A stretch of 64,000 nucleotides of DNA from Chiloscyllium plagiosum (GCF_004010195.1 NC_057756.1:970265-1034264), one strand, 5' to 3'; counted from the stretch's first letter, positions 1 to 14,190 are shown. Translations and numbers: made by a program. Notes: a model not told the origin generated them from the sequence alone.

Positions 1-77
1 AGAAAAGCTCTTTCATTAATGCAACTTTGCTTCAGAGGATTCACAATAACATTTAAGTTCAATTTGTGGAATTGTAG

Positions 78-98
78 TAAAGGATTTGCCTGATGAAG
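78..98 (+). CDS. Candidate 21-nt phase-1 microexon (xKDLPDE) of the B30.2 gene
   Basis: ttgtag|taaaggatttgcctgatgaag|gtcggt; in frame with the next exon; acceptor has a weak pyrimidine tract. Confidence 0.4.
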
Positions 99-240
99 GT
101 CGGTAAATTCTAATGTTTTGCGAACTGTACTAAACCAGGCAATCGAGTACTATTTTACCATTTGCATTATTTATGCATTACATTTTGGCAACAGTGATTC
201 GGCCAATCAGGATGTGAAATCGTCGGCAGACAATAACAAT

Positions 241-352
241 GGGTAAATGTAGGGGAATGGGTCTGGGTGGGTTGTGCTTCGGCGGGTCGGTGTGGACTTG
301 TTGGGCCGAAGGGCCTGTTTCCACGCTGTAAGTAATCTAATCGAAAAAAAAA
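241..352 (+). mobile_element. 3' part of HE1-like SINE
   Basis: gggccgaagggcctgtttccacgctgtaagtaatctaatc + A tail; same tail as the full copy at 36753-37068. Confidence 0.8.
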
Positions 353-469
353 GTGACACGTGTTGACGCTATATCCACATGTACTGACAATAAGATTACT
401 TAGAACCCAGGCACCAGTTATCTTAAAAGTTAACAGCTCCAGCACGCAAATGCCAATACCGAAAGAGAA

Positions 470-508
470 CTTTCTTTCTCTCTCTCTCTCTCTGTGAGTG
501 TGTGTGTC
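470..508. repeat. (CT)n(GT)n microsatellite
   Basis: direct reading. Confidence 0.85.
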
Positions 509-669
509 TTCTCTGCCTCTCCCTATCTATCGGTCTCTTCCTTAGGTTGGATCTGCCCACTGCCCAGCACCTGTGCTGCAACATTTTAGAATTTCGACTG
601 ACATAAATGAATTTTAAGATCTTGAAAATCCCGCTAAGTTAAAGGGTTCTTTCTTTTATTTCATAACAG

Positions 670-696
670 AAGAAAAGCTGATTAAAAATGACAAAG
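670..696 (+). CDS. 27-nt phase-1 microexon (EEKLIKNDK) of the B30.2 gene
   Basis: strong acceptor ttctttctttttatttcataacag, donor GTAAGC, open frame. Confidence 0.7.
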
Positions 697-1442
697 GTAA
701 GCACTGTTATGAATACAGTCTGGTCAACGTTTTGACATTTATATTTTTTAATTGTCCATTGGGTGCATTAATCAACGAAACTAATGTTTTGATTCTAGTT
801 ATGAGAAGCCCCTGCGTTTTGATGTTGTAAACTATTTGGTTTCTAGTAATGAGAAATATCTCCTTTTGATTTTGCAAAATGCTTTGTATTAATGAAGTTG
901 TGAAATAAGCATTTTGTCTCCCGGTCATATATTTCACAAATACCTTAAACTGAAGTTGAAATCGAGCAGTGTATTCAATAGATAACCTAACTGTTGCTGT
1001 GACTTGCGTGATCCCTATCTCAGATGGGTGCTAACCTTTCTGTGAACTTTTGCAACCTTTGTAATGAATCATAAATTATCATCACATTTAGGAATTTCAA
1101 AACAATTACAACTCCCTTAGTAGAGGAATTATCTCTTGTCTCAGTTCTACACGATTACCTTTAATTCCAAAATTATGCCTCCTGTTTCTGGAAACTTCTT
1201 GCTGTAAACATTAAAGAAGATTGTGACAATTGAAGAATTATAATTCTTCAGAGGCTGAGACAAGGGAAAGTACAAAACAGAATAAGAGTACCTGTGGGGG
1301 AATTTGAAAATAAATCTTGTGTAGAACTTCAATCTACAAATTGTATACAGTGCTATAAGATAAAGCAAGGAAAGCGAAAAAGCTGTTTATAGCAGATAAA
1401 ATTTCCAAATCTTAACTCATAAAAGTCTGATATTTTTGAAAG

Positions 1443-1725
1443 CATCCTACAGTGTGCCTAAAAGGCTATTCATGTTAACACGTCCACAGCGACTCTCAAA
1501 AGAGCATTCCCCCAACCCGGCCTCGTCTGCCTACTGTAGCCCTGCAACTCCGCATTTACCATAACCAATACCGAACCTGCACATCTTTCGAATGAGGTTG
1601 ATCCAGATGAAATCCACACAGACATGGAGGGAATGTGCAAGCTCTACATAGTCGCCTTAGGCTGGAAATAACCCAAGTCCCTGGCATTATCAGGTAGCAC
1701 TGCTAACCACTGATCCACCGCACCA
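1443..1725 (-). mobile_element. Degenerate tRNA-derived SINE
   Basis: similar to 36753-37068 (gcactgctaaccactg..ccacc, acctgcacatcttt). Confidence 0.65.
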
Positions 1726-2642
1726 TTTTGGTCACTGTCCAATTATTTTCAGAAAAATAAAATATGAGTGGACATTTCTGGTTTGGACAGAAATCCCAAT
1801 CAATTATTGACTTTGAAAAATGTGGTAGTGAGATCTGAGCAATGACAGAGACTCCACTTTTTCTTTTTAATGAGTGAAAGTCAGGAACGTCTGTAGTTCC
1901 ATTCAGAATGCTGTGCGGCTTGGAGAGGTACTTTCTTATGGTCGTGCCCCATGCTTCTGCTGGTCTTGTCCTTCGAGGTGGTATAGGGCACAGATTTGGT
2001 TAAGGAATCATGGTGGTTTCACTTCTTGTTAATGTTGGATGTTTACCCACATCACAAGGATAGCTGCGTCTCAATGTGACATCTCACTACTATGTCAATA
2101 TCGAGAAGCGAGAAGCAGCATGCAATTGGCTAGCCACTGACACCTGCATTCCACACATTAATGAAGCAATTTGCCAGACAGTTTACATGATTGTCCAAAT
2201 GTTGCAAATGAAGAAACACAAATAGAGAAACTCAAGAGCTCTCTGCCACGATCACCTTTAATAGTGTTTACTATTTTATTCGTTACTATAGTTGCGCCCC
2301 ATATCCTCAGTGTGCAATTATCATCTTTTGGGAAATAAAAGCGACAGCAACAAATACATGGGGAAATATTTCCTTTGAGCTATTGACATACAAAGCACGA
2401 GAGTACTCTGCTTCAAAATTGGCTGGAAAAATCTTGAAAAATGGTCAAGATGTCGACAGGGTAAAATGCTCCAGTTGGCTCTCCTCTGCTTGCCATTTCC
2501 TGTTCCTTTTTTCTTCTTGCAATATTTTTTTCGGCAGTCCACCACAACTTTTCATTATGCCGACCCGGAGAATGAAATCAGGGAGACGAGTCACGACTGG
2601 AGACTGGGCGGGAGCTGAACACTTGGGCCCTTCCCTGCAGTG

Positions 2643-2944
2643 GCAGCAGAGTGAGCAAGGTCCAAGTTGCAGAGTGCCGGACTGATCTATTTGCGGTGTG
2701 ATGGTAGAAGGTGAATCCTGTGTCTTGGAGCGACACTCAGTGAAGTGAATCTAGTTAAAGTGCGGCTTACTTGTTGCTGCTGAATTCCAGTGAGCAGCAG
2801 AGTGAGCAAGGTCCAAGTTGCAGAGTGCCGGACTGATCTATTTGCGGTGTGATGGTAGAAGGTGAATCCTGTGTCTTGGAGCGACACTCAGTGAAGTGAA
2901 TCTAGTTAAAGTGTGGCTTACTTGTTGCTGCTGAATTCCAGTGA
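2643..2944 (+). repeat. 151-bp tandem duplication (2 copies)
   Basis: 2643-2793 and 2794-2944 identical apart from one C/T at a CpG. Confidence 0.95.
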
Positions 2945-5900
2945 AGAGCGGTCTGGAGGCTGGAGTAATGCGGGAAAGTTTGTTGGAGTCGGGCCTAGCG
3001 CCATGTGCTGAGCTGCTGCAGTTTGGAATTCTTTATGGACTGTAATGTAAATATTTTTTCGGAATGTTATAAGTACCTGATTTCTAACTCATTCTCAGAC
3101 ATTGTAAGCAATGCTACTGTTGTCCTTTTAATACTCTTTTGTATAACAACACCTTTTTTTTAACTCTGTAAGATTTGCACCCAAGTATGTTTACCTAAGA
3201 TGGCGCTTTTAAAAGTCAACCATTGCAAAACCTTTCCACCTCTATACTGGAGTACAAGTGACAATAAATTATATTAAATTCAATTCAATGTTCGATTCAA
3301 TTCAATTGATACTTTTGTCCAGAAATAAATATATCGATAAATACAATTCTACAAAATGATTTCAAACTACCTAAGGTCACAGGCTGTTCATTAAGTCAAT
3401 GGTTCGCAATAAAAAGAACACAATTCTGAGAAATTTTCAAGGCCCATATTTAAACAGATAAAGAGTCCAGGTATCGAAATTGATTGTGTCATCTTCTCAG
3501 AATAGCTTAATGCCCGTAAACAAATAATGCAGGTCGTTCCCAAAGAAAGAAACATGGGTTATGGTGGACTTAAAGTAACTGCAAAGGGCAGGAAAATGTC
3601 ATTTTGTTTTAGAGATTGTCAATGTGCAACAAGACCGAGCAACTAATGGAGATTGTGAAAGACGCATATACTGCGTAATTCATCTTGTTGGGGCTGTCAG
3701 CGCTGGAGTTACATGGGAATGTTTGCATTCAATGTCGGACCGCAGAATGAAAAAAGTGAAATGACTGAACGAGGCAGAAAAGGTATTTGAAGAACCAATA
3801 TTTACTGACGATACATTTGCCTGCAAAATTCTGATGGAAGTGAATATTATTATGAAAAATGAGAATCAACACCCTCCACAAAATTCTCCACCCCCAAACA
3901 TGTTGGTTACCATCAGCAAAATGCCTACAATTCATCCGAGGCCGTATAAATAGGTTTATGAACGCCATTGTGCTCTTAATGTCCTGAACGAGAAGACTGT
4001 ATTTTACAAGCGTGTGACCTATAAATGACAGATGATGAACAATAACTGTAATACCGTTGACAAGACTCGTTGACAGATTATTTTAATATATTTGAATACC
4101 TATTACAACATTTTATTTCCACCTAGATCTCATAAACAAGATAGTATCTTTTTAACAATATTCTGTGTTTCAATTCTGTGCATTTGCAGTTAATGTGTAA
4201 TGCAATCGAAATAAATCCCTTATTGACTCTAACGATAAATTGAAACAAGTTAAACTTGCTAGTGACATTCTTTAGCATATTGTAATTCACTCGGATTTTA
4301 TATGCACTAATGATGCAAGCTGCAACTTTTGTGTAATTTGAAACTTGCAATCTACTTTTAGAATTGAAAGACCTCAAAGCAAAGTGCAGTAAGTAATGAG
4401 TAGGATATTGTGAAAATTCATCATAGAATGGGAACAGAGAAACTGGTAGACGTACATGGGACGCAGCTGGAGCTGCTGTAAAATATTCTGAGCCCTTTGT
4501 TTTAGTATGGAAGAAGTAACCTTCTAGACAGCGCACTGCTTTATATCAGCGTGACAGTTGATTTCAGACAATCGAAGTACAGGCACGGATTAAACACACT
4601 GGCCTTACTTTCCATCAAAATTTACTAGGTGGTTTGAGTGATATTTTGAAACATATAAAGAACGTTTTACTCAGAGAGTAGTAAGGGCATGGTACGCCCA
4701 GCTTGCGACAATGGTCAGCTCACCAAACTTACGGGTACTTAAATGTTAATTACATAATGCAATGGTGTCTAAGACACTATGCTGCCATTCAACAAGTTAC
4801 TGAATGGTCTTATTGTGAGGTGAGATTTACCTATCATAAACAAACGGGCCGTTGTTGCATCAGATGTCTGTGCAGCTGATATTCAACATGATTAACTACA
4901 GCAATATGTGTACTTCAGATGTACTTCATGTGTTGTAGATTCTGGCAATTGCTGCAAAGGATTTGCTTTGAAGATGGCATTTGATTATTATCCTCTGTTA
5001 ATGCAGCCTCTATCATTCAGGATGGTAGATGTCAGACTTTTAGAAATTATCAAAAGAAAAAGAAATGGTTCTCTTTTTGCATAGTAGGCAAAAGGCATGA
5101 ATGTGGAAGCATGTGAATTTTTTTTGGAGGATAGCATACAAATTCAGCAGGCTGATAAGCTTTATAAAATTTGAAGCAAATAGCTTCGGAGTTGTTACTT
5201 ACTCTAATGCCAGCAAATGTTGGGATCCTGTCACTCTCCTGACTTTTGTACTGCGGAAATTCTGGAACATTGTCAGCTCGTTGCTGCAAAGAATTCATCT
5301 TCTTGTGTCTTCCATGCCTTATGGATGAGTCAAAATTCTAGAACAGTATTCCTTTCTGATCTGTCATAAAGCTATAATTAGGAGACGGTTCCCTCTAATC
5401 CTAGAATTCCCCATGAGGGAAATAATCCTCTTAGCATGTTTTCTGTCAGGGCTTTTTGGAATCTTATTTATTTCAATGCGATCATTTTCTTTCATTCTCA
5501 ACTTCACTGAGTAGAAACAAGACCTGTTGCCTTTGCTAATAAGACATTTACTAAATACCAAACATTATCCGACTGAAACCTCTTCTGAATTGTCTCCGAT
5601 AATATTATTTCTTCCATGACATCAGAGGGCCAGAACAACTTATATTACTCCAGAAGTGATCTCAGAAGCATCTTATGCATTTGCAGCAGGACTTCACGCC
5701 TCCTTTATAACAAATCTCTTGAAATAAGAGCCAACATTCCGTTAGCCTTCCTGATTAACTGGTGCACGTGTATGCTAACTTTCTGTATGTATGGCCAAAT
5801 ATTCATGAGCCTCTCTGTGTTGCAAATTCCTGCAGTCTTTTTTCTTCTTCTTCATTTAATTAATGCTGTATTCTTTTGTTCTACCTTCCAAAACGAACAG

Positions 5901-5949
5901 CATATTGTAATACATGACTGAATGTTTATCAAAGGTAAAGATCGAAAAA

Positions 5950-7700
5950 AATGTCTTACGCAGTAGGGTGGCAAAGAGAAGAGTGTAGGTAATGAAGAAA
6001 GCTTCAGATTGTCCTGGATGTATAGTTAAAGGCTCAAACGCTAATTGTAATGATGTAGAAATTGAAGGTCAGTAGGATATGTGGATCAATGGAGAAGAAA
6101 ATTTTGGTCATTCTGGCGCGAGAAGGATCATCAGAATAAAGAAGAGACATGTTCAACATGAGGTTGTGAATATACACAAGGTTATTTAAGTTTTGGTCAG
6201 CGAGCATAGAGGGTGATTAATGAATTTGTTGCGAGTCTGAATCTGAAGCTGTCAATTTCTGGAGTAGTTTTCAATTTAGAAAGTCTAAACTAAAATAGAG
6301 CAAAGTTTACATTATCATCAAAAAGGAGTGCACTAGGGCATGCCAAGAGCAGCACCGGGCATTCCTAAACCTGCTGAAGTCACCAAACCAAAGACACACT
6401 TGCAAAACAACATAAACAACAAATGGGCAACAGAGCGTTGTGATCCCACAGAAAGACCAAACTGTTATCCCATCACATCCAGTTGTGAATGGAAACGGAA
6501 TCACTCATGCGCGGAGGGAGCTCTACAATTATCTCCAGTTTTCTTGATGGAAGAGTTCACTGCAATCGTGAAAAGGTGAGGCTGAAGTATTCAGAAGAAT
6601 GCTTGGCCCGAAGTGCCGAATCTCAGCCTCTTCCAGTGATCCCCATCTTCAGGGATGCCAGTCTTCTGCCAATTTAATTCACTCCACATTATATTAAAAA
6701 AAAACGGTTGGAGGAATTGAATTCCGTATAAGCTATGGGTCCTGACAGTATTCTGGCAATAAGGCCAAAAGCTTGTGCTTTAGAAAATGTTGCAAAAATG
6801 GCCAAATTGTTCCAACAAAGCTCCAACACTAACATTTACTTAGCAACAAACTTGACCAGGCATGCCCTGCAAAGGAAAAGAAAATCAAATCCATCATGGC
6901 CAATGACTGCCCCGTAATTCGACTCCCAATGATTAGTAAAGTAATGGAAGGTGACATCAACAGTACTATCAAGCTACACTTGCTCAACTGGAACCTGCCC
7001 ACTGACTCTCAGTTCGGCATTCAACAACACGACGCTACTCCCCACCTCATCCTGCCTTTATTGAAACATGGGACAAAGATATGAATTTCAGGGGAGACGT
7101 GAGAGTGGCAGTCCTTGATAGTTATTAGCATCACTGAATCCCTTCTTATCGGCATCCAGTGGTTACCATGGAACATAAAGTGAACTGCATTGAGCATATA
7201 AACACAATAGCTACAAGAGCACATCAGCTCCAGGCACAACTCACAAGAGTGGTGGAATATTCCCCAGTAGCCTTACTGAGAGTAAGTCAAATAACGCTCA
7301 AGAAGCTTTGCACCATCCAGGATAAATTAGTCAGCTTTATTAGCAAGACAACCTCATACATCCACTCCCAAGATTACAGACATTCGATAGCAGCAGTGAA
7401 TATGATGTACAAGGTGTATTACAGAAATTTGCCAAGGATTTTTCAGGGATATTTTCTAAACATATGACTACATCTACTTTGAAGGATAAGGGCAGCAGTT
7501 ACATTGGAATTGCAAATTCCTCTCCATCCTAAGAAATACATCATGATTCATTCGCTGTCGTTAGGGTAATTCTGCAATTACTTCCATGTAAGCATTGTGG
7601 GTCGACCATGAGCACATCTGTAGCAGGGGTTCAAGAAGGCAGTACAATATGACCTTGTCAAGGGAAACACGGGTCAGGAAATAAATAATGACCAGCTCGA
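5950..7700 (+). mobile_element. Highly decayed non-LTR retrotransposon fragments
   Basis: fragments such as KAMGPDSI, LPMISKVMEG, DSQFG; many stops. Confidence 0.5.
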
Positions 7701-7757
7701 GAATGAAGAAAAGTAAAATGAAAATTTCAGGTTTGGTGCTTAGTCCAGATTGATTTT

Positions 7758-9945
7758 ATGAACATAGAACATAGGATATACAGCACAGTACAGGCCCTTC
7801 AGCCCTCGATTTTGCACCACCCAGTGTCACAAAGCTTGCCTTTTTTTTTGTCTAAAAGCTATTCCTTGGCTCAAAGATACTCTGTCCTTGATTTTTTTAA
7901 GAGGGGTAATAAACAAGGCCGGGCTCTGATCAGTCTTGCTTGGTACAGAGATGAAAAGCATTTGAGAGGCCTTTTGTTTATATGTAAACAGATGAGACTT
8001 AAGGCCAAAGTGGTCATATTTTAGAACCGACCTATATAATGAAAGAGGAGTGATCAGCTCTCTCGACCAGCAGTTTAGTTCAGTCTTGGAGTGGCGAGGA
8101 GTTCACCAGCGAGCTGTGTGGAAATTTCCTCTCTCTCTTGGCTGCCCTTCAACTTCAACTTGGAAGCATGGGTTGCATTTATTCTGGTTTTGAAAGGGAG
8201 TTTGCTTATTGGGACTGTTGCGTGTATTCGGAACACCACAATTAAGTCTAGTTTGGATAGATTGAGTTCTGTAGGGGTTCTTTATTCTGTTTGTTATGTT
8301 TCATTGTGTAATTTTGTCAATAAATCTAGTAATCAACCTAGCTAACGTACTCCGGGTAATTTTCACTGCACGCTTACCAAAACAAATTGTAAAGTTATGG
8401 TCTGGGCTGCCTGCGTAAGAATGTTCTGAGTGTTCTGGCCTAGTGCAATCCCTAGCCCATTTAACCGACAGTGTTCCATTCTCGTGCATATGCCTATCCG
8501 ATGACCATTTAAATGACCTTAAAGTTGGCAAGTCTACAATCTATGCAAGCAGTGCGTTCCACACCCTGATACTCTCTGAGTAAAAGAACTACCTCTGATA
8601 TCTGTCTGTATCTATCACTCCTCAATTTGAAGCTCTGCTGCCTTGTGCAGCCATCACCATCCTCGGAAAAAGGCTCTAACTGTCCACGCGATCCAACCCT
8701 CTGATTATCTTATATGTCTCAAGCAAGTCACCTCTCAACCTTCTTCTCTCTAACAAAAAGAGCCAAAAGTCCCTCAACCTTTCCTCGTAAGACTTTCCCT
8801 CCATACCAAGCAACATCCTAGTAAATCTTCTCTGAACCCTTTACAAAGCTTCCACGCCTTTCCTATAATGCGGTGACCAGAACTGCACACAATACTCCAA
8901 GTGCAGTTGCACCGGAATTTTGTACAGCTGCAGCATAACCCCATGGTTCCGAAACTCGATCCCTCTACTGAGAAAAGCTAACAGTCTTCCTAGCAGTCCT
9001 ATCAACTTGAGTGGAAACTTTGAAGGATATATGCACATGAACACCAAGATCTCGCTGCTCATCTACACTACCAAGAATCTTACCATTTGCTCATGACTCA
9101 TCATTCCTGTTACTCCCTTCAAAGTGAGTCACCTCCCACCTTTCTGCATTAATCTCATTTGCCACCTCTCAGCCCATCTCTTCAGCTTATCTATATCTCT
9201 CTGTCACCTACAACATCCTTCAGCATTATCCACAACTGTAGCAATCTTAGTGCCGTCCATAAATGTACTAATCCATCCTTCTACGTCCTCAACCAGGTCG
9301 TGCATAAAAATGGCAAACAGCAGCGGACCAAAAACAGATCCTTGCGGTTCAGCACTCGTAACTGAACTCCAGGAGGAACATGTCCCATCAACCACCACCC
9401 TCTGTCTTCTTTTAGCTAACCAATATCTGATCCAAACCGTGAAATTGCCCTCAGTCTGATGGCTCTGTATTTTGCTCAATAGCCGACTGTGGGAAGCTTA
9501 TCAAACGACTTACTGAAACCCACATCCACCATATCTATTTGGCCACCTTCTCAAATAACTCAATAATGTTTGTGTGGCATGACATAACCTTCACAAAACA
9601 CTTGACCTTTTCCTAAATCAATGTATTCCTACCGAGATAATAATAAATCCTATCATTTATAACCCTTCCAACACTTTAATCACAACCAAAGGAAGGCTCA
9701 AACGCCTATAATTACCAGGGTTGTCTCTACTCTCCTTCTTGAACAATGGAACAATACTTGCTTTCTTCCAGTCTTCAGCTACTATTCGTGTAGACAATGA
9801 TGACATAAAAATCAAAGCCAAAGGCTCAGCAATCTCCTCCCTGGCTTCCTAGTGAATCCGGCCCAGGGAACTAATCTATTTTCACACTTTCCAGAATTTC
9901 TAACGCCTCCTCCTTGTGAACCTCAATCCCATCTAGTCTAGTTTA
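7758..9945 (-). mobile_element. 5'-truncated CR1 LINE interrupted by a solo LTR
   Basis: RT fragments (RQRVVVDG..PQGSVFGPLLF; LEYCVQFWSPHY); tail at 7758. Confidence 0.9.
7825..8447 (+). mobile_element. Solo LTR (~620 bp)
   Basis: TG...CA ends; interrupts the CR1 tail; its end resembles the reverse complement of LTR-like sequence at 16452 and 63141. Confidence 0.6.
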
Positions 9946-10199
9946 GTGAAAGGAATTTTTTGCAAATCTGCATCACGAGCAGCAGAGTTCTGGATTATGT
10001 GATACCGTAGAGCAAGTATAACCTTACTTCACGTTCAGAGGTGACAACGAAATTAATGAAATCCTTAGTCATCAGGACAAGAACTATATCTCGTATCAGC
10101 TTGAGAAATCTAAGTACATCACGAATGGTCTAGTGACCACTATGAGGGAGAAATTCTAAATACCTGTATTTTAATAAGGTAATTCTTTCTTTATTAAAG

Positions 10200-10232
10200 A
10201 TGTCAGCACTGAAGAGGACAGTGAAAATAAAG
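10200..10232 (+). CDS. 33-nt phase-1 microexon (DVSTEEDSENK)
   Basis: ttctttctttattaaag|...|GTAAGT consensus donor; open frame. Confidence 0.7.
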
Positions 10233-10900
10233 GTAAGTTCATGTATGAGCTAAGAAGTTGGAAGTGAGATTTTATTTGGTATTTTGCTTCAAATAATATG
10301 ACATTCGACTTAAAGTTTCAGTCTTCATGACTTTGAGGAAATCACATTCAATAGGCAAGCTTGACCGGAAAAAATGAGTAAATGCATTCATCTTGATAGA
10401 GCTTCTCACCAACTTTGTGGATCCCAAAATGTTTATATCTGAAAATATGTTCATAAAGTACATACTAAACTCCCACAAATAACAAGGTGTTCATGGCTAC
10501 TTGATCCATTTATGACTTGATCGTTGATGGATAACTAAGTGGAAGAGCAGCAGGAAATATCTCGATTTCACATATAATAGCAACGGTGGTAATTTGGAAC
10601 TAACCCAATAAAGCAACGTGGATGTTTGTTTACCCATCCACTAGCAACAGAGGAACAGTTTTTCGGGGTCAAATTATCCAACCTCTGTTTATGCACATTC
10701 CTACAACGGTTTAAATATTTGATTCCCCCATCATTTGTGCTAGTCCTTGTTGCAGCAGATTGTACATATTATTGGTACTGTGCTTAACCAGGTCAATATT
10801 GCATAATGGTAGACTGGTGGCCTATTCATTGAAATTGAGACATAACCAGAAAAGGAATCTTTTATGGTTAACTTAGCATTCGATGCTATTTATTTTTCAG

Positions 10901-10927
10901 AATTGGAAATACTCCGACAGAAATACA
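10901..10927 (+). CDS. 27-nt phase-1 microexon (ELEILRQKY)
   Basis: tatttatttttcag|...|GTAAAG; helical/coiled-coil-like peptide. Confidence 0.65.
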
Positions 10928-11854
10928 GTAAAGTATTTGCTTCTTTACATGCATTGACACTAATGCATTTAATTCATTGCTCCAACTGGAAAATAATTCA
11001 AATTCACAGCCTTGGATTATGCTTGAAGAACAGTTTTCCGGTGACTACATTAAGTTTATGTTCTTTCTTGACATACTGATCGGCAGCTGAGTTAAAGTGA
11101 ATCAATTCAGCTGCGTTATGGGAGGGTAATATTATTGAAGCACTCTTTCTAATGCACCCACTTAATCTTCTCACATGATGTTTTCATCTCTACACGTTAT
11201 TTTGTGACGCATTGAAAGTAGTCCCACAGGACTGTGATTGACAAAAGGGTAGAATTCAGAAAGCCACAGATTCAGGATCATTTTCTTTTAATCCAGACGT
11301 TCTGAGACATCATATGAATTTGTCCTAACTGTTGTTCTGCTGTGGAGATTACTGAGATGGTGAGGGTAACACTCATTACCGATCCCTAGTTGTGCAGAGA
11401 GCAGTTACAAATCAAGCTCGTCATTGTAGATCTAAAACCACATGGATGGCAGACTAAATAAATCACCTTCCTCTTATCTGATATTCCGTCAAAGCATTCT
11501 ACATTCTTACCATTCGTATGTGAACATGGTTCTGCTGAGTTAGCCATACTGTTGAACAATTGTTGCCTTACATTTATGCATCCTTGCTCTGGAATTCAGA
11601 ATGATTGGAAACATTTTCTGGCTATCACAACTATCGATGACCACAAGTAGTCACAAGGAATTTGTTCATCACTCTGGATTCTCTGCCTCAAAGGAATGTT
11701 CCTTTCTTTGGTTAGACTATTTGTCTTTCTGTCTTGAAAGTTCATGTTGTCAGCTTTACTGTATTCCATTGTAGGATAAAGAGAATTTCCTTCAAATAAT
11801 CGTTTTATTTAATGTTTTATGGGCTTTCATTACTGTTTTGTTTTCTGTCAACAG

Positions 11855-11878
11855 TTGAAGCCTGTGTCAAGGTTCGAG
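11855..11878 (+). CDS. 24-nt phase-1 microexon (IEACVKVR)
   Basis: tgttttgttttctgtcaacag|...|GTAGGA; open frame. Confidence 0.65.
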
Positions 11879-12130
11879 GTAGGACTGTTCCTAATCTATT
11901 CAGTTTCATGTTTTACAAAGCTTCAAAGTGTCAAAACTTTGATTCAGGCCGCATCCACAGTTTGAATGAGCTTTCTATTTAGCTCCACTCCATTGTTCAT
12001 TCTCTACGGTGATAATGCAGCCACTTATTTAACTTAATCCTCAAATATTCATGCAATTTCTCATTGTCAAGCTACAAGAATTGCGGGTATCGATTTAGTG
12101 CAACATATTCATTAATATTGTTACTTTCAG

Positions 12131-12166
12131 AATTGGAAAAAAAGCTTCAAGAGTCATGTGGGGAAG
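12131..12166 (+). CDS. 36-nt phase-1 microexon (ELEKKLQESCGE)
   Basis: ttgttactttcag|...|GTAAGA; coiled-coil-like peptide. Confidence 0.7.
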
Positions 12167-12559
12167 GTAAGATTGGAGGGTGTTTGATGGCTCTCTACAT
12201 ACTACTTACTGTGAAATAAAGATGGGTGGATAGGAGAAAGAATCAAAATGGACAAATATTTTCACCCATCGAATTAGATAATATCTCAATTATATCTAAA
12301 CCCCACTAATTTTGAGAACATTACTTCATTGGTTCTCCTACTAACTATCTGTGTTGCTTTTAAAATATTCAGAAGTAAAGAAAAGAAACATGCGCAGCAC
12401 TTGAATTTGTTTCTGTTACTGTCTATCTGCCATGTAATACCGCATTCATTCAAACGCATTTTTAAAAGCATTAATTTGTTCATGCTTTTGTGTGTATTTC
12501 ATTTTTCTCACGGCTAGTAGCAAAAGGGAATCCTACAATGCTACAACAGAGAATTAATC

Positions 12560-13310
12560 ATGGAACCACAGAGTTCTACAGCAGCACACAGACGCTTTGG
12601 TCCAACTCGTCCACGCGGATCAGATATCCTGAACTGATTCAGTCCCCTTTGCCAGCAGTGAGCCCATGTCCCTCTAAACCTTTCTTTTATTTATGAAACC
12701 ATCCAGATGCTTGTTAAATATTTTAATTGAACCCACCTCCACCATCTCCTCTGGCAGCTTATTCCATATAAACACAATCGTCTACATGAGAATGTTGCTC
12801 TCACATGCTTTTTAAAGTCATACTACTTTAAAAAATAAACCTATGACATTTAGTCTTGGACTGTCATACACCAGGAAAACGACTTTAGTTACTCACCCTG
12901 TCCATGCTCCTCATGAATCTGTAAACCTGGATAAGGTCACCCCTCAAACTCCAACACACTAGTGAAAAAAAGACCCAGCCTATTCAGCCTGTCCTTCGAC
13001 TTCCAATCCTGGTAACATCAGTATGATTTCTTTTTCCTGAAACCTTTCAAGTTTAACAACATATTTCGTATAGCAGGACGACCAGAATTGAACGTATTAT
13101 TCTAAAAGTAGCCTCGCTAATGTCCTGTGCAGCTAGAACATGATGTCTGAACTGCTCTACTCAATGCACTGACCAATAATGGCAAACATTCCATAGGCTT
13201 TCTTCACCATATTCCCTACCTACGACTCAATTTTCAAGGAACTATGCACCTACACCCCCAGGTTTCTTTGCTTGTTAATACTTCCCAGGGTCCTGCCATT
13301 AACTGTATGC
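12560..13310 (-). mobile_element. CR1 3' fragment
   Basis: reverse complement of the CR1 3' end seen at 44321-45010. Confidence 0.8.
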
Positions 13311-14190
13311 AGTTGCAGATACACCATGGGTGAAAAGATACAGGAAAATCAAAGAAAAGAAACACTTGCACTGCATCATCATATGCAGATGCTTGTACTC
13401 TGTTGCGTGCCAATTTCTGATAGTGATAGACATTTGAGTGACTGTACCTTTTCTATAGACAGCAAAACAAGTTAATAAAGGAATGGCAAATTCATCCTAA
13501 TACGGGGCGATAATCAGAGGGGATTAATCAATCTGTAGGTGGTAATTGTCCATCCTTTCTAAAGCAACAACTCAGGTTAATAGTGATACTAAAATGCGAG
13601 CAACAAACATTATGGACAAGATTAAAACAATGGTGAGGATGTAAAAGTTTTTTTTTGCAAGTATTTCAGGTTTTAAAACGACTGTTACGATGAGTTTGCA
13701 GAAAGGAAAAAAAAAAACACGTTGGAAATTGTCCTTGCTTGATCAAAGGGCACAGTGCCATTCGCGGTGATAACGAACAACCAAGAGGTTTCAAAGAGAG
13801 CAAAGAAATGAAACTTATTCTAATGGGAGGAGGTTCGATGCCTACGGGGCACACGTTGAAAGTGTAATGCAATAAACATCAGAGGCAAGACGGTGATGTT
13901 TTGTTTTCATATGTTCAACATGTATTCATGATTGTGTGCAACATGTTCAAAATGTTTACAAGCATGCATCGAATAAGAAGTCTCTTGGCTTATTTTCTTT
14001 TAGTGCCTTTTTTGGACCAGGCTAGAACCTCTGCAGAAATCTCTAACAGACTGAAAGTGACATTATTACACCAAGTATGTTCATAACAATCGAATTCAAT
14101 ACCTAGAAAAAACATACTCACACCTACCACTCATCACCTTTGAGTCCAACAATCTTAATCCCATACTGACTTTGCATCAGAGATCACTGA

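Noticed and set aside
3613..3765. Acceptor-like site followed by an open frame
   Set aside because: No phase-compatible donor and no recognisable protein similarity.
14052..14190. C/D box snoRNA (ends in CTGA, two intronic copies)
   Set aside because: No proper C box or terminal stem; the duplication extends into CR1 sequence and is better explained as a templated insertion.
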